Below are positions 38,068 through 51,018 of a DNA stretch of 64,000 bases, one piece after another. The notes below the pieces were generated by a model that searched no databases, had not been told where the DNA came from, and saw only the letters and a program-made list of their open reading frames with translations. Each line of letters opens with the position of its first letter. Position 1 is the stretch's first letter. The DNA is taken from the NCBI RefSeq assembly GCF_054482595.1, contig NZ_CM137008.1, one strand, 5' to 3'. The translations under genes were made by a program, and so were the position numbers.

Positions 38068-38727
38068 ATGGATCGTATTGTTAGTTCTTCACATGACCGT
38101 ACATCACTGCTTAGCACCCATAAGGTGCTGCGTAATACCTATTTTCTGCTGAGCCTGACGCTGGCCTTTTCGGCGATTACCGCAACTGCCAGTACGGTGC
38201 TGATGCTGCCATCTCCGGGTCTGATTCTGACGCTGGTGGGTATGTATGGTTTGATGTTCCTGACCTATAAAACGGCGAATAAGCCGACCGGGATTATCTC
38301 CGCATTCGCCTTTACCGGTTTTCTGGGTTATATCCTCGGACCAATTCTGAACACCTATCTGTCTGCCGGAATGGGTGACGTAATCGCTATGGCACTGGGC
38401 GGAACGGCGTTAGTGTTCTTCTGCTGCTCTGCATATGTGCTGACCACCCGCAAAGATATGTCGTTCCTCGGCGGTATGCTGATGGCGGGTATTGTGGTGG
38501 TGCTGATTGGTATGGTTGCTAATATCTTCCTGCAACTGCCTGCTCTGCATCTGGCGATCAGCGCGGTCTTCATTTTGATCTCCTCTGGCGCTATTTTGTT
38601 TGAAACCAGCAACATCATTCATGGCGGTGAAACGAACTATATTCGTGCCACGGTTAGCCTGTATGTTTCGCTGTACAACATCTTCGTCAGCCTGCTGAGC
38701 ATTCTGGGCTTCGCCAGCCGCGATTAA
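38068..38727 (+). CDS. yccA: YccA (Bax inhibitor-1 family membrane protein), 219 aa
   Basis: Seven hydrophobic segments; conserved position next to serT. Confidence 0.9.
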   Translation: MDRIVSSSHDRTSLLSTHKVLRNTYFLLSLTLAFSAITATASTVLMLPSPGLILTLVGMYGLMFLTYKTANKPTGIISAFAFTGFLGYILGPILNTYLSAGMGDVIAMALGGTALVFFCCSAYVLTTRKDMSFLGGMLMAGIVVVLIGMVANIFLQLPALHLAISAVFILISSGAILFETSNIIHGGETNYIRATVSLYVSLYNIFVSLLSILGFASRD

Positions 38728-38817
38728 TCTCACCCGCTAACACTGTCATAGCCTCGCTTTATGCGGGGCTTTGTTTTTTGTTACACTGCCGGCAGTCTGA
38801 TTAAGGTAGTAATAATT

Positions 38818-39147
38818 ATGCTGATCTTCGAAGGTAAAGAGATAGAAACGGATACCGAAGGCTATCTCAAAGAAAGCAGCCAGTGGAGTGAGCCGCTGGC
38901 AGTGGTGATTGCAGAGAACGAAGGGATTTCGCTGTCGCCAGAACACTGGGAAGTGGTGCGTTTTGTGCGTGATTTCTATCTGGAATTCAATACTTCTCCG
39001 GCGATTCGTATGCTGGTAAAAGCGATGGCGAATAAATTTGGCGAAGAAAAAGGTAACAGCCGCTATTTATACCGACTGTTTCCGAAAGGTCCGGCTAAGC
39101 AAGCCACCAAAATTGCTGGCCTGCCAAAACCGGTAAAATGTATTTAA
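38818..39147 (+). CDS. tusE: Sulfurtransferase TusE (109 aa)
   Basis: Start at [17 protein letters not shown]; DsrC-like C-terminus ...PKPVKCI. Confidence 0.9.
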
Positions 39148-39422
39148 CGGATACGAAAATCGGTTAATTCACCCGAGGGATGATGCGGCTCGCTGAGCAC
39201 CCGTTCTACACGCGCAGAACGCGGGCCGCCACTCTTTAACCACTGCATTAATTTTTCTACCTGCCCTTCTTCACCGCAAGCAACCACTTCCACGCTGCCA
39301 TCGTCAAGATTTTTGGCGTACCCGGTTAAACCCAGTCTTTTCGCTTCGTACTGTGTGGTGTAGCGAAATCCTACGCCCTGAACTCGCCCGTAAACCCAGG
39401 CAATTATGCAGACTTTCGACAT
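39144..39422 (-). CDS. yccX: Acylphosphatase YccX (92 aa)
   Basis: Start at [20 protein letters not shown] (acylphosphatase signature). Confidence 0.85.
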
Positions 39423-39516
39423 TGCTGCTCTCCTTATCCTTAATGGACGCGTTGCAAATCCATGGAAAACTCCGGACAATGACGCCCATTTCTTTGCATC
39501 GACAGAAAAGTAAATT

Positions 39517-40707
39517 ATGAGTGTACGTTTAGTGTTAGCCAAAGGGCGCGAAAAATCATTACTTCGTCGCCATCCGTGGGTCTTTTCCGGGGCCGTTGCC
39601 CGCATGGAAGGTAAAGCCAGCCTCGGTGAAACCATCGATATTGTTGATCATCAGGGAAAATGGTTAGCACGCGGCGCTTATTCGCCAGCTTCGCAAATCC
39701 GGGCGCGCGTCTGGACGTTTGACCCGTCTGAGTCTATCGACATTGCTTTTTTTTCCCGCCGTTTGCAACAAGCACAAAAATGGCGTGACTGGCTGGCGCA
39801 AAAAGATGGCCTCGACAGCTATCGTTTAATCGCCGGTGAATCTGATGGCCTGCCGGGTATTACTATCGATCGTTTCGGTAATTTTCTGGTGCTGCAACTG
39901 CTGAGTGCTGGTGCAGAATATCAGCGCGCGGCATTAATTAGTGCCCTGCAAACGCTGTACCCGGAATGTGCGATTTACGATCGCAGCGACGTCGCGGTAC
40001 GTAAAAAAGAAGGAATGGAGCTGACCCAAGGCCCCGTCACCGGCGAGTTGCCGCCTGCCCTGCTGCCGATTGAAGAACATGGCATGAAGCTGCTGGTGGA
40101 CATACAGCACGGACACAAAACGGGCTACTACCTGGACCAGCGTGACAGCCGCCTGGCTACCCGCCGCTACGTTGAAAATAAACGCGTACTGAACTGTTTC
40201 TCCTATACCGGTGGTTTCGCCGTATCGGCACTGATGGGCGGTTGCAACCAGGTTGTCAGTGTTGATACCTCCCAGGAAGCCCTGGATATTGCACGGCAGA
40301 ACGTTGAGCTGAACAAACTGGATCTGAGCAAGGCTGAGTTTGTCCGTGATGATGTCTTTAAATTGCTGCGTACTTATCGCGATCGCGGTGAAAAATTTGA
40401 CGTTATCGTGATGGACCCGCCGAAGTTTGTTGAGAATAAAAGCCAGTTGATGGGCGCGTGTCGTGGCTATAAAGACATCAACATGCTGGCGATTCAGTTG
40501 CTGAATGAAGGCGGTATTCTCCTGACTTTCTCCTGTTCCGGTCTGATGACCAGCGATTTATTTCAGAAAATCATCGCGGATGCCGCAATTGATGCCGGCC
40601 GTGATGTACAATTTATAGAGCAGTTCCGTCAGGCAGCCGATCATCCGGTGATCGCTACCTATCCGGAAGGGCTATATCTGAAAGGGTTTGCCTGTCGCGT
40701 CATGTAA
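39517..40707 (+). CDS. rlmI: 23S rRNA m5C1962 methyltransferase RlmI (396 aa)
   Basis: PUA + SAM-MTase; conserved neighbourhood. Confidence 0.9.
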   Translation: MSVRLVLAKGREKSLLRRHPWVFSGAVARMEGKASLGETIDIVDHQGKWLARGAYSPASQIRARVWTFDPSESIDIAFFSRRLQQAQKWRDWLAQKDGLDSYRLIAGESDGLPGITIDRFGNFLVLQLLSAGAEYQRAALISALQTLYPECAIYDRSDVAVRKKEGMELTQGPVTGELPPALLPIEEHGMKLLVDIQHGHKTGYYLDQRDSRLATRRYVENKRVLNCFSYTGGFAVSALMGGCNQVVSVDTSQEALDIARQNVELNKLDLSKAEFVRDDVFKLLRTYRDRGEKFDVIVMDPPKFVENKSQLMGACRGYKDINMLAIQLLNEGGILLTFSCSGLMTSDLFQKIIADAAIDAGRDVQFIEQFRQAADHPVIATYPEGLYLKGFACRVM

Positions 40708-41082
<375 letters not shown>

Positions 41083-41126
41083 TCCCTGAACGAATCCCCG
41101 GAAGGTTTTTGCCTTCCGGGGATTTT

Positions 41127-41540
41127 TTATTTGGCCAGGCCCAGGCGAGGGATCTCAATAGCCGGGCAGCGATCCATCACCACATTCAACCCGGCATCCC
41201 GTGCCAGTACTGCCGCTTGCTCATTAATCACCCCCAATTGCATCCAGAGGGTTTTCGCGCCAATGGCGATAGCTTCCTGCGCCACGCCCCACGCCGCTTC
41301 TGAATTACGGAAAACATCGACCATATCGACCTTTTCCGGAACGTCTGCCAGCGTGCCATACCCCTGCTGGCCCAGCAGCGTTTTGCCGGCAACTTTTGGC
41401 GAAACCGGAATGACGTGATACCCCTGGTCGAGTAGATATTTCATCACGCGATAGCTGGGACGATCGGGTTTGTCGCTTGCCCCCACCAGCGCAATGGTGT
41501 GAGTGGACGTTAAAATGCCTGCAATATCGGTTTCTTTCAT
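41127..41540 (-). CDS. yccU: YccU CoA-binding protein (137 aa)
   Basis: Size and position. Confidence 0.85.
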   Translation of the reverse strand: MKETDIAGILTSTHTIALVGASDKPDRPSYRVMKYLLDQGYHVIPVSPKVAGKTLLGQQGYGTLADVPEKVDMVDVFRNSEAAWGVAQEAIAIGAKTLWMQLGVINEQAAVLARDAGLNVVMDRCPAIEIPRLGLAK

Positions 41541-41712
41541 TATTTCCTCCAGACTGTTTCACAAAGTGTACGACAAAGCCGACATGCCAACCATGCAGCT
41601 AATACGAATGAATGAGAGCAAAAGCGGGAAATATGTCTATATGTTAGTAAGTATGATTAAAGAAAAATTTTGACACATTATTATTCGGGCGGTCTTTTGA
41701 CAGGAGCTACCT

Positions 41713-42375
41713 ATGAAAACCGGCATCGTGACCACCTTGATTGCATTATGTTTGCCGGTATCCGTTTTTGCCACCACGCTGCGGCTTTCAACCGATGTCG
41801 ATCTTCTGGTACTCGACGGCAAGAAGGTTTCCAGCTCTCTGCTGCGCGGTGCGGACAGCATTGAACTGGATAATGGACCGCATCAGTTAGTGTTTCGCGT
41901 TGAGAAGACGATTCATCTTTCCAATAGTGAAGAACGGCTGTATATCTCCCCACCGCTGGTGGTCAGTTTTAATACCCAGCTCATCAACCAGGTCAATTTT
42001 CGCCTGCCTCGCCTGGAGAATGAGCGGGAAGCTAACCATTTTGATGCCGCGCCGCGCCTTGAATTGTTGGATGGCGATGCGACGCCGATTCCGGTAAAGC
42101 TGGATATTCTCGCCATTACCTCAACGGCAAAAACGATTGATTATGAGGTCGAGGTTGAACGCTATAACAAATCCGCGAAACGCGCTTCACTACCGCAATT
42201 TGCCACGATGATGGCAGATGACAGTACGCTGCTTTCGGGTGTTTCCGAGCTGGATGCTATTCCACCGCAGTCTCAGGTGCTCACAGAACAACGGCTGAAG
42301 TATTGGTTTAAACTGGCTGACCCACAAACGCGAAATACTTTCCTGCAATGGGCGGAAAAACAACCATCTTCCTGA
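41713..42375 (+). CDS. yccT: YccT (UPF0319 periplasmic protein), 220 aa
   Basis: Signal peptide; conserved position. Confidence 0.85.
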
Positions 42376-42470
42376 GATTTTTGTGCCTGTGCGCAGGCTT
42401 TTTCGGTCTTTATCTTGCAGCGATAAGTGCTTACAGTAATCTGTAGGAAAGTTAACTACGGATGTACATT

Positions 42471-42929
42471 ATGGAACTGACGACTCGCACTTTACCTGCG
42501 CGGAAACATATTGCGCTGGTGGCACACGATCACTGCAAACAAATGCTGATGAGCTGGGTGGAACGGCATCAACCGTTACTGGAACAACACGTACTGTATG
42601 CAACAGGCACTACCGGTAACTTAATTTCCCGCGCGACCGGCATGAACGTCAACGCGATGTTGAGTGGCCCAATGGGGGGTGACCAGCAGGTTGGCGCATT
42701 GATCTCAGAAGGGAAAATTGATGTATTGATTTTCTTCTGGGATCCACTAAATGCCGTGCCGCACGATCCTGACGTGAAAGCCTTGCTGCGTCTGGCGACG
42801 GTATGGAACATTCCGGTCGCCACCAACGTGGCAACGGCAGACTTCATTATCCAGTCGCCGCATTTCAACGACGCGGTCGATATTCTGATCCCCGATTATC
42901 AGCGTTATCTCGCGGACCGTCTGAAGTAA
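42471..42929 (+). CDS. mgsA: Methylglyoxal synthase MgsA (152 aa)
   Basis: Start at [23 protein letters not shown]. Confidence 0.9.
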
Positions 42930-42960
42930 TATTGCACAGGTGGCAAACGCCACCTGTTTC

Positions 42961-45015
42961 TTACGGTTTTCTCGCCACCGGCACATCCAGATTTTTCAGT
43001 ATTTCGACAAAGGGAGAGGGATTCTCTTTGTTAAACAGTGCCCATACCCGATGGCGTGCCCGGGTCAGCGCCACGTACATTAACCGCCGTTCTTCAGCGT
43101 CCGGGAAATCCTCAACCGGTGGCAGTAGCGCCTCTTCCATAATCGACTCCCGCGCCGCAGCCGGAAAACCATCACTTCCCTCCTGCAAGCCAACGATGAT
43201 GACGTAATCCGCCTGTTGCCCTTTGCTGGCATGAATGGTCATAAAGTCGATTTGCAACTTCGGCCAGCGTGTTGCCGCTTTTTCCAGGCTGGCAGGCCTC
43301 ATGTGATGGTAACGCGCCAGGATCAGAATGCGCTCTTCCGGTTTGGCATAACCAGAGAGCTTATCCAGCAAAGCGTCAAGTTGACTCTCATCCAATAACG
43401 TGACGGCTTTTTTATCTCCATTGGTTAAGCTGTTTAGCGGCTTTTTCAACTGGCCTGGGTTCTGCTGAATAAACCGGTTTGCCACCTCACCGATACGACT
43501 GTTAAAACGGTAAGTCGTGTCTAAATCACAGCGATCGCCTTCACCAAAGTTTTCATGGAAAGCGGTGGTGAGCGACATTTGCGCACCGCTGAATCGGTAA
43601 ATCGCCTGCCAGTCATCACCAACGGCGAACAACGTCGTCTGACTGTTTTGCTTGCGTAATGCCGCTAACAACGCTGCCCGCTGCGGCGAGATATCCTGAA
43701 ATTCATCAACCAGAATATGCTTCCACGGGCTGATAAAGCGACCTTTCTCCAGAATCACAATCGCCTGATGAATAAGGCCCGAAAAATCGACAGCGTTTTC
43801 TGCCTTCAGTGCACCTTTCCAGGCTTTTAATAACGGGGCCATCAACTTGATACGTTTACTGAACAGATCGCGAATCTCTTCGGGTGCACTGGCAATCATT
43901 TCTGCCTGTGCACCACCGTGCATCCGCATCAGACTTACCCAACGATCGAGGCGTGAGGCAAGACGACGCTGTAATTTTTCATCATCCCAGAAGTTACCTT
44001 CTGGCACTGACCACTGCATTTCTTCCGTCAGCCATTGCCGCCAGCCCTTCGCCTGCGCTTTCTTTTCGCTGCATTGCTTGCGCCACTCAGCAATAAAGAG
44101 TTCATGACGGGCAGCGGTATCATTTTCCAGTTTGCTGACTATCGGAACTTTTTTGCTGCCCTGCTGAATAATATGCAGCGCCAGCGCATGAAACGTGCGT
44201 GCGGTAATGTCTTCGGTATGTAGCCGTTCGCGAATACGCTCGTCCATCTCTTCAGCGGCTTTGCGACCAAACGCCAGCAATAAAATTTGCTCAGGGGACG
44301 CTTCACCACGCGCCAGCAACCAGCCTGCACGGGCCACCAGCACCGACGTTTTTCCGCTTCCTGCACCTGCCAGCACTAACAGAGAATGCTCGCCATTAAC
44401 GACTGCCCGGGCCTGCGCCGGATTCAGCGGTGAAGACTCGACCTGGCGGAAAAAATCCGCATACTCGGTAAGCATGGCTTCGGTATACGCCTGGTTATGC
44501 TGCAACCGAGCGCTTTCAATATCTTTCAACCAGGCCTGACATTTACGCCACGCCTCACGGCAGTTATCGAATTCTTCCAGTCGGTTAACCGGCAACGGCA
44601 ACGCCGACAAAGCCTGGCGGATTTGTTGCTGAACGCCAGAGGTTTGCTCACGCGTCAGCCATTTATTTTCTCCAGTGCGCGTGGCAATCAAATCCAGTTG
44701 CTGGCGTAAAACACCAGACGCAATTTCGCTCATCTCGCCACTCCACCGCCGCCAGTGAGCATCAAGATGATGGTAAAAACGCTGCGTCTCGCCCCATTCG
44801 GTGCCGTGCAGACGCACCACTTTTTCGTCCGGCAGTACAAATTCCAGCTCGCCCCATACCAGACCGCGCTTACAGTGAATCGCCAGTAATTGATTGAAAG
44901 GAATAAGGTATTCGTGGCGATCGCCGGAGACTTTAATCCCGGCATTGAGGATCACCGCCCGATCGTAAGGGTGCTGTGCCAGACGTTTTCCAAGCGTTGT
45001 CGCTTTCAGTTCCAT
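42961..45015 (-). CDS. helD: DNA helicase IV HelD (684 aa)
   Basis: Start at MELKATTLGKRLAQ; UvrD-like Walker A AGAGSGKTSVLV. Confidence 0.9.
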   Translation of the reverse strand: MELKATTLGKRLAQHPYDRAVILNAGIKVSGDRHEYLIPFNQLLAIHCKRGLVWGELEFVLPDEKVVRLHGTEWGETQRFYHHLDAHWRRWSGEMSEIASGVLRQQLDLIATRTGENKWLTREQTSGVQQQIRQALSALPLPVNRLEEFDNCREAWRKCQAWLKDIESARLQHNQAYTEAMLTEYADFFRQVESSPLNPAQARAVVNGEHSLLVLAGAGSGKTSVLVARAGWLLARGEASPEQILLLAFGRKAAEEMDERIRERLHTEDITARTFHALALHIIQQGSKKVPIVSKLENDTAARHELFIAEWRKQCSEKKAQAKGWRQWLTEEMQWSVPEGNFWDDEKLQRRLASRLDRWVSLMRMHGGAQAEMIASAPEEIRDLFSKRIKLMAPLLKAWKGALKAENAVDFSGLIHQAIVILEKGRFISPWKHILVDEFQDISPQRAALLAALRKQNSQTTLFAVGDDWQAIYRFSGAQMSLTTAFHENFGEGDRCDLDTTYRFNSRIGEVANRFIQQNPGQLKKPLNSLTNGDKKAVTLLDESQLDALLDKLSGYAKPEERILILARYHHMRPASLEKAATRWPKLQIDFMTIHASKGQQADYVIIVGLQEGSDGFPAAARESIMEEALLPPVEDFPDAEERRLMYVALTRARHRVWALFNKENPSPFVEILKNLDVPVARKP

Positions 45016-45137
45016 GACTCTGTAGATCCACACGAAATTATTTCTTATCAGTGTAACCGTCAGAGAAAACGTGCTCCAGCCCAAAAAAACGTTACAATTG
45101 CCGCCCATTACTGAAAACCACAGTAAAGCGAGGTTTT

Positions 45138-45584
45138 ATGCGTACCGTTTTGAACATTCTGAACTTTGTGCTTGGCGGATTTGCCACCACTCTGGGCTGG
45201 CTGTTGGCGACTCTGGTCAGTATTGTGCTGATTTTTACCTTACCGCTGACACGATCCTGCTGGGAGATCACTAAACTGTCTCTGGTGCCTTATGGCAATG
45301 AAGCTATTCATGTCGATGAACTGAACCCGGCTGGCAAAAATGTGCTGCTGAATACTGGCGGTACGGTATTGAATATTTTCTGGCTGATTTTCTTTGGCTG
45401 GTGGTTATGCCTGATGCACATTGCAACGGGCATCGCACAATGTATTTCCATCATTGGCATTCCTGTCGGTATTGCGAACTTTAAAATTGCCGCTATTGCA
45501 CTATGGCCGGTTGGTCGTCGCGTGGTATCGGTAGAAACAGCGCAAGCTGCGCGTGAAGCCAATGCACGTCGTCGTTTTGAATAA
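45138..45584 (+). CDS. yccF: YccF inner membrane protein (148 aa)
   Basis: Hydrophobic; position. Confidence 0.85.
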   Translation: MRTVLNILNFVLGGFATTLGWLLATLVSIVLIFTLPLTRSCWEITKLSLVPYGNEAIHVDELNPAGKNVLLNTGGTVLNIFWLIFFGWWLCLMHIATGIAQCISIIGIPVGIANFKIAAIALWPVGRRVVSVETAQAAREANARRRFE

Positions 45585-45602
45585 TCCACTAATATGGCCT
45601 AT

Positions 45603-47756
45603 ATGCTAAGTCCTTTGCTCAAACGCTATACTTGGAACAGCGCCTGGCTGTATTACGCGCGTATTTTTATTGCGCTTTGTGGAACCACAGCGTTTCCGTG
45701 GTGGCTGGGTGATGTAAAACTGACGATTCCGCTGACGCTGGGGATGGTGGCAGCGGCGCTGACCGATCTCGATGACCGACTGGCGGGACGTTTGCGTAAC
45801 CTCATCATTACGCTGTTCTGCTTTTTTATCGCCTCGGCCTCAGTAGAATTGCTGTTTCCCTGGCCCTGGCTATTTGCGATTGGCTTAACGCTCTCTACCA
45901 GCGGCTTCATTTTGCTCGGCGGTCTGGGTCAACGCTATGCAACAATTGCCTTCGGTGCATTGCTGATCGCCATTTACACAATGTTGGGAACATCACTGTA
46001 TGAGCACTGGTATCAGCAGCCGATGTATCTGCTGGCCGGTGCCGTCTGGTACAACGTCCTGACACTTATTGGTCATCTGCTGTTCCCGGTCCGCCCGCTG
46101 CAGGACAACCTGGCGCGTTGCTATGAACAACTGGCGCGTTATCTTGAGCTCAAGTCGCGCATGTTTGATCCTGATATTGAAGATGAAAGCCAGGCACCGC
46201 TGTACGATTTGGCTCTCGCCAACGGTCAGCTGATGGCGACATTGAATCAGACGAAACTCTCGCTGCTGACCCGCTTACGTGGCGATCGTGGTCAACGGGG
46301 AACGCGTCGCACGCTGCATTATTACTTTGTCGCACAGGATATTCACGAGCGTGCCAGCTCTTCTCATATTCAGTATCAAACATTGCGTGAACATTTTCGC
46401 CACAGCGACGTGCTGTTCCGTTTTCAGCGGCTGATGTCGATGCAGGGCCAGGCGTGCCAGCAACTGTCACGCTGTATTTTGCTGCGTCAGCCTTATCAAC
46501 ATGATCCGCATTTTGAGCGCGCTTTTACGCATATTGATGCTGCCCTGGAGCGGATGCGCGATAACGGCGCGCCTGCCGATTTACTCAAAACACTGGGATT
46601 TTTGCTGAACAATTTACGCGCCATTGATGCCCAACTGGCAACAATTGAATCAGAACAGGCCCAGGCACTGCCCCATAATAATGACGAAAATGAGCTCGCT
46701 GATGACAGCCCGCACGGATTGAGTGATATCTGGCTGCGTCTTAGCCGTCACTTCACGCCGGAATCCGCCCTCTTCCGTCATGCGGTAAGAATGTCGCTGG
46801 TGTTGTGCTTCGGCTACGCCATCATTCAAATAACCGGAATGCATCACGGGTATTGGATCTTGCTGACAAGTTTGTTTGTCTGCCAGCCAAACTATAACGC
46901 CACGCGCCACCGCCTGAAGTTAAGGATTATTGGTACGCTGGTAGGTATCGCCATTGGCATTCCTGTGCTGTGGTTTGTGCCATCACTGGAAGGGCAGCTG
47001 GTGCTGCTGGTTATTACCGGCGTGCTCTTTTTTGCCTTCCGTAACGTGCAATACGCTCATGCAACGATGTTCATCACACTTTTGGTGCTACTGTGTTTTA
47101 ACTTACTGGGTGAAGGTTTTGAAGTAGCGTTACCTCGCGTAATCGATACGCTGATTGGTTGTGCCATTGCGTGGGCGGCAGTGAGCTACATCTGGCCTGA
47201 CTGGCAGTTTCGCAATCTGCCGCGCATGCTCGAACGCGCCACAGAGGCCAACTGTCGCTATCTCGATGCCATACTGGAGCAATACCATCAGGGGCGTGAT
47301 AACCGTCTGGCGTATCGTATTGCCCGCCGCGATGCACACAACCGTGATGCTGAACTGGCGTCGGTGGTATCAAATATGTCCAGCGAACCGAACGTTACCC
47401 CGCAAATTCGCGAAGCCGCGTTTCGGTTGCTGTGCCTTAACCATACGTTTACCAGCTATATCTCAGCCCTCGGTGCTCACCGGGAGCAGTTAACTAATCC
47501 TGAAATTCTGGCATTTCTTGATGACGCAGTTTGCTATGTTGATGACGCGTTACATCATCAACCTGCTGATGAAGAACGCGTCAATCAGGCATTAGCTGGC
47601 CTGAAACAACGGATGCAGCAACTTGAACCACGGGCAGACAGCAAAGAACCTCTGGTCGTACAACAAGTTGGGTTATTGATTGCATTACTGCCTGAGATTG
47701 GTCGTCTGCAACGCCAGATTACTCAAGTTCCGCAGGAAACTCCTGTTTCGGCGTAA
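45603..47756 (+). CDS. yccS: YccS inner membrane protein (717 aa)
   Basis: Start at MLSPLLKRYTWNSAWLYY; 3' end overlaps convergent sxy. Confidence 0.85.
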   Translation: MLSPLLKRYTWNSAWLYYARIFIALCGTTAFPWWLGDVKLTIPLTLGMVAAALTDLDDRLAGRLRNLIITLFCFFIASASVELLFPWPWLFAIGLTLSTSGFILLGGLGQRYATIAFGALLIAIYTMLGTSLYEHWYQQPMYLLAGAVWYNVLTLIGHLLFPVRPLQDNLARCYEQLARYLELKSRMFDPDIEDESQAPLYDLALANGQLMATLNQTKLSLLTRLRGDRGQRGTRRTLHYYFVAQDIHERASSSHIQYQTLREHFRHSDVLFRFQRLMSMQGQACQQLSRCILLRQPYQHDPHFERAFTHIDAALERMRDNGAPADLLKTLGFLLNNLRAIDAQLATIESEQAQALPHNNDENELADDSPHGLSDIWLRLSRHFTPESALFRHAVRMSLVLCFGYAIIQITGMHHGYWILLTSLFVCQPNYNATRHRLKLRIIGTLVGIAIGIPVLWFVPSLEGQLVLLVITGVLFFAFRNVQYAHATMFITLLVLLCFNLLGEGFEVALPRVIDTLIGCAIAWAAVSYIWPDWQFRNLPRMLERATEANCRYLDAILEQYHQGRDNRLAYRIARRDAHNRDAELASVVSNMSSEPNVTPQIREAAFRLLCLNHTFTSYISALGAHREQLTNPEILAFLDDAVCYVDDALHHQPADEERVNQALAGLKQRMQQLEPRADSKEPLVVQQVGLLIALLPEIGRLQRQITQVPQETPVSA

Positions 47757-48348
47757 GAGAGTCAGCCCATTCTGCAAGCTCCTGGCGGCGTGCCACCGGG
47801 AGCGCAGCTTCATGAATGCCGATAATGGCACCTTCAAGCATAAACAGAATCTTTTCTGTCACCAGACTGTTTTGCTGCCGCAGTCGCAACCAACACATTT
47901 TTGCCCCAAGTATACGTAACGCCCGTACATCCTTAATCCCCACCTCCCCGAGAATCGCTTCCAGATGAAAAGACATATTGGGCAAATCTTTCAGTCTTTC
48001 CCGGGTATTGCGCGTGCTTTTCTCTTTCAGCGCTGCATCGAGAGAATATTTCGACAGACGCACCAGCTTCAGTTGATTTCGCCATAGACTTTCATCAACC
48101 CGATAGTAATTGAGGGTAACGGATCGGCCACACTTTTTATATGTCAGCCAGACAGGCGGATGTTTTACACAGTACTGTGCACTTTGCTCACAAGCCCGAA
48201 GATATAACTCACCATCAGAAACCATCGCAAACACCGTGTCGTCAACGGTCAGGCTGTAACTACCAAACAATGATCGGTATTCAATTGTGCCCAACGTTGC
48301 CAGGTATTCTTGTGATTTATAGATCCGCTTATAGGAGAGGCTTTTCAT
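47719..48348 (-). CDS. sxy: Sxy (TfoX) competence regulator (209 aa)
   Basis: Size and position between yccS and sulA. Confidence 0.85.
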   Translation of the reverse strand: MKSLSYKRIYKSQEYLATLGTIEYRSLFGSYSLTVDDTVFAMVSDGELYLRACEQSAQYCVKHPPVWLTYKKCGRSVTLNYYRVDESLWRNQLKLVRLSKYSLDAALKEKSTRNTRERLKDLPNMSFHLEAILGEVGIKDVRALRILGAKMCWLRLRQQNSLVTEKILFMLEGAIIGIHEAALPVARRQELAEWADSLTPKQEFPAELE

Positions 48349-48524
48349 AAAATTCCTTTTAAAATCATAACATAAAAGAATGATTCACATTAACGGATCC
48401 GTTAAATACGAAAATAGGCAACTTATTCTTTAGGGGCAAGATTAATTTATGTTTTCCCGTCACCAACGACAAAATTTGCGAGGCTCTTTCCGAAAATAGG
48501 GTTGATCTTTGTCGTCACTGGATG

Positions 48525-48544
48525 TACTGTACATCCATACAGTA
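48525..48544. promoter_or_regulatory. LexA SOS box upstream of sulA
   Basis: TACTGTACATCCATACAGTA, canonical CTGT-N8-ACAG palindrome. Confidence 0.85.
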
Positions 48545-48566
48545 ACTCACAGGGGCTGGATTGATT

Positions 48567-49076
48567 ATGTACACTTCAGGCTATGCACATCGTTCTTCGT
48601 CGTTCTCATCCGCAGCAAGTAAAATTGCGCGTGTCTCTACGGAAAACACTACAGCCGGGCTTATCAGTGAAGTTGTCTATCGCGAAGATCAGCCCATGAT
48701 GACGCAACTTCTACTGTTGCCATTGTTACAGCAACTCGGTCAGCAATCGCGCTGGCAACTCTGGTTAACACCGCAACAAAAACTGAGTCGGGAATGGGTT
48801 CAGGCATCTGGGCTACCCTTAACGAAAGTAATGCAGATTAGCCAGCTCCCCCCTTGCCACACTGTGGAGTCAATGGTTCGCGCTTTACGCACGGGCAATT
48901 ACAGTGTGGTGATCGGTTGGTTGGCAGATGATTTGACTGAAGAAGAGCATGCTGAACTTGTTGATGCGGCAAATGAAGGTAACGCTATGGGGTTTATTAT
49001 GCGTCCGGTAAGCGCATCCTCTCACGCAACGAGACAACTTTCCGGGCTAAAAATTCACTCTAATTTGTATCATTAA
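48567..49076 (+). CDS. sulA: Cell division inhibitor SulA (169 aa)
   Basis: Start at [19 protein letters not shown]. Confidence 0.9.
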   Translation: MYTSGYAHRSSSFSSAASKIARVSTENTTAGLISEVVYREDQPMMTQLLLLPLLQQLGQQSRWQLWLTPQQKLSREWVQASGLPLTKVMQISQLPPCHTVESMVRALRTGNYSVVIGWLADDLTEEEHAELVDAANEGNAMGFIMRPVSASSHATRQLSGLKIHSNLYH

Positions 49077-49432
49077 GTAAATTTAGGATTAATCCTGGAA
49101 CTTTTTTTGTCGCCCAGCCAATGCTTTCAGTCGTGACTAATTTTCCTTGCGGAGGCTTGTCTGAAGCGGTTTCCGCGATTTTCTTCTGTAAATTGTCGCT
49201 GACAAAAAAGATTAAACGTACCTTATACAAGACTTTTTTTTCATATGCCTGACGGAGTTCACACTTGTAAGTTTTCAACTACGTTGTAGACTTTACATCG
49301 CCAGGGGTGCTCGGCATAAGCCGAAGATATCGGTAGAGTTAATATTGAGCAGATCCCCCGGTGAAGGATTTAACCGTGTTATCTCGTTGGAGATATTCAT
49401 GGCGTATTTTGGATGATAACGAGGCGCAAAAA

Positions 49433-50488
49433 ATGAAAAAGACAGCTATCGCGATTGCAGTGGCACTGGCTGGTTTCGCTACCGTAGCGCAGGCCGCTCC
49501 GAAAGATAACACCTGGTACACTGGTGCTAAACTGGGCTGGTCCCAGTACCATGACACTGGTTTCATCGACAACAATGGCCCGACCCATGAAAACCAACTG
49601 GGCGCTGGTGCTTTTGGTGGTTACCAGGTTAACCCGTATGTTGGCTTTGAAATGGGTTACGACTGGTTAGGTCGTATGCCGTATAAAGGCAGCGTTGAAA
49701 ACGGTGCATACAAAGCTCAGGGCGTTCAGTTGACCGCTAAACTGGGTTACCCAATCACTGACGACCTGGACGTGTACACTCGTCTGGGTGGTATGGTTTG
49801 GCGTGCAGACACCAAAGCTCACAACAATGTGACAGGTGAATCTGAGAAAAACCACGATACCGGCGTTTCTCCGGTATTCGCAGGTGGTGTTGAATGGGCC
49901 ATCACTCCTGAAATCGCTACCCGTCTGGAATACCAGTGGACCAACAACATCGGTGACGCACACACCATCGGCACTCGTCCGGACAACGGCCTGCTGAGCC
50001 TGGGTGTTTCCTACCGTTTCGGTCAGGGCGAAGCAGCTCCGGTAGTTGCTCCGGCTCCAGCTCCGGCACCGGAAGTACAGACCAAGCACTTCACTCTGAA
50101 GTCTGACGTTCTGTTCAACTTCAACAAAGCAACCCTGAAACCGGAAGGTCAGGCTGCTCTGGATCAGCTGTACAGCCAGCTGAGCAACCTGGATCCGAAA
50201 GACGGTTCCGTAGTTGTTCTGGGTTACACCGACCGCATCGGTTCTGACGCTTACAACCAGGGTCTGTCCGAGCGCCGTGCTCAGTCTGTTGTTGATTACC
50301 TGATCTCCAAAGGTATCCCGGCAGACAAGATCTCCGCACGTGGTATGGGCGAATCCAACCCGGTTACTGGCAACACCTGTGACAACGTGAAACAGCGTGC
50401 TGCACTGATCGACTGCCTGGCTCCGGATCGTCGCGTAGAGATCGAAGTTAAAGGCATCAAAGACGTTGTAACTCAGCCGCAGGCTTAA
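49433..50488 (+). CDS. ompA: Outer membrane protein A OmpA (346 aa)
   Basis: [21 protein letters not shown] signal peptide; beta-barrel; APAPAPAPE hinge; OmpA-C domain. Confidence 0.95.
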   Translation: MKKTAIAIAVALAGFATVAQAAPKDNTWYTGAKLGWSQYHDTGFIDNNGPTHENQLGAGAFGGYQVNPYVGFEMGYDWLGRMPYKGSVENGAYKAQGVQLTAKLGYPITDDLDVYTRLGGMVWRADTKAHNNVTGESEKNHDTGVSPVFAGGVEWAITPEIATRLEYQWTNNIGDAHTIGTRPDNGLLSLGVSYRFGQGEAAPVVAPAPAPAPEVQTKHFTLKSDVLFNFNKATLKPEGQAALDQLYSQLSNLDPKDGSVVVLGYTDRIGSDAYNQGLSERRAQSVVDYLISKGIPADKISARGMGESNPVTGNTCDNVKQRAALIDCLAPDRRVEIEVKGIKDVVTQPQA

Positions 50489-50504
50489 GTTCTCGTCTGG
50501 TAGA

Positions 50505-50533
50505 AAAACCCCGCAGCTGCGGGGTTTTTTTTT
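50505..50533 (+). terminator. ompA rho-independent terminator
   Basis: CCCCGCAGCTGCGGGG hairpin followed by T9. Confidence 0.9.
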
Positions 50534-50565
50534 CACCTTTAGTAAATTGAACTGAGTTTCGTCAG

Positions 50566-51018
50566 TTATTCCTTACCCAGCAATGCCTGCAGATCATGCT
50601 TCAAAGAAGACATTTTATTCGCGTATTTCTCTTTGTTTTCCGCATCTTCAATCAGCTGAACAATCGTTTCAGAAAGCGTTTTACCGCGACGCTGCGCAAG
50701 ACCAGCCAGACGTTGCCAGACAATAAATTCCAGATCGATCGATTTTTTGCGCGTATGCTGGTGTTCCGCATTAAAATGGCGCTTCCGTCTGGCCCGAATG
50801 GTTTGCTTCATGCGATTGACCAGTTCCGGATTCATATGCTTGTCAATCCAGCCATTTACCAGCACGGGTTCATTTTCCAGCGAGAGCAACACATCGACGG
50901 CTTCCTGGGCGGCACTGGCTTCTATGTAACGGGTAATTAACTCCCCTTCGCGATGCTTCTTCACCAGATACTTCCATTTCCAACCGCTTTCAAGATTTTC
51001 AAGTTGTTGATATTTCAT
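50566..51018 (-). CDS. matP: MatP, Ter macrodomain organiser (150 aa)
   Basis: Size and position. Confidence 0.85.
   Translation of the reverse strand: MKYQQLENLESGWKWKYLVKKHREGELITRYIEASAAQEAVDVLLSLENEPVLVNGWIDKHMNPELVNRMKQTIRARRKRHFNAEHQHTRKKSIDLEFIVWQRLAGLAQRRGKTLSETIVQLIEDAENKEKYANKMSSLKHDLQALLGKE

Noticed and set aside
49667-50536. 289-aa ORF on - strand
   Set aside because: Antisense to ompA; no start context, and ompA identity is unambiguous.
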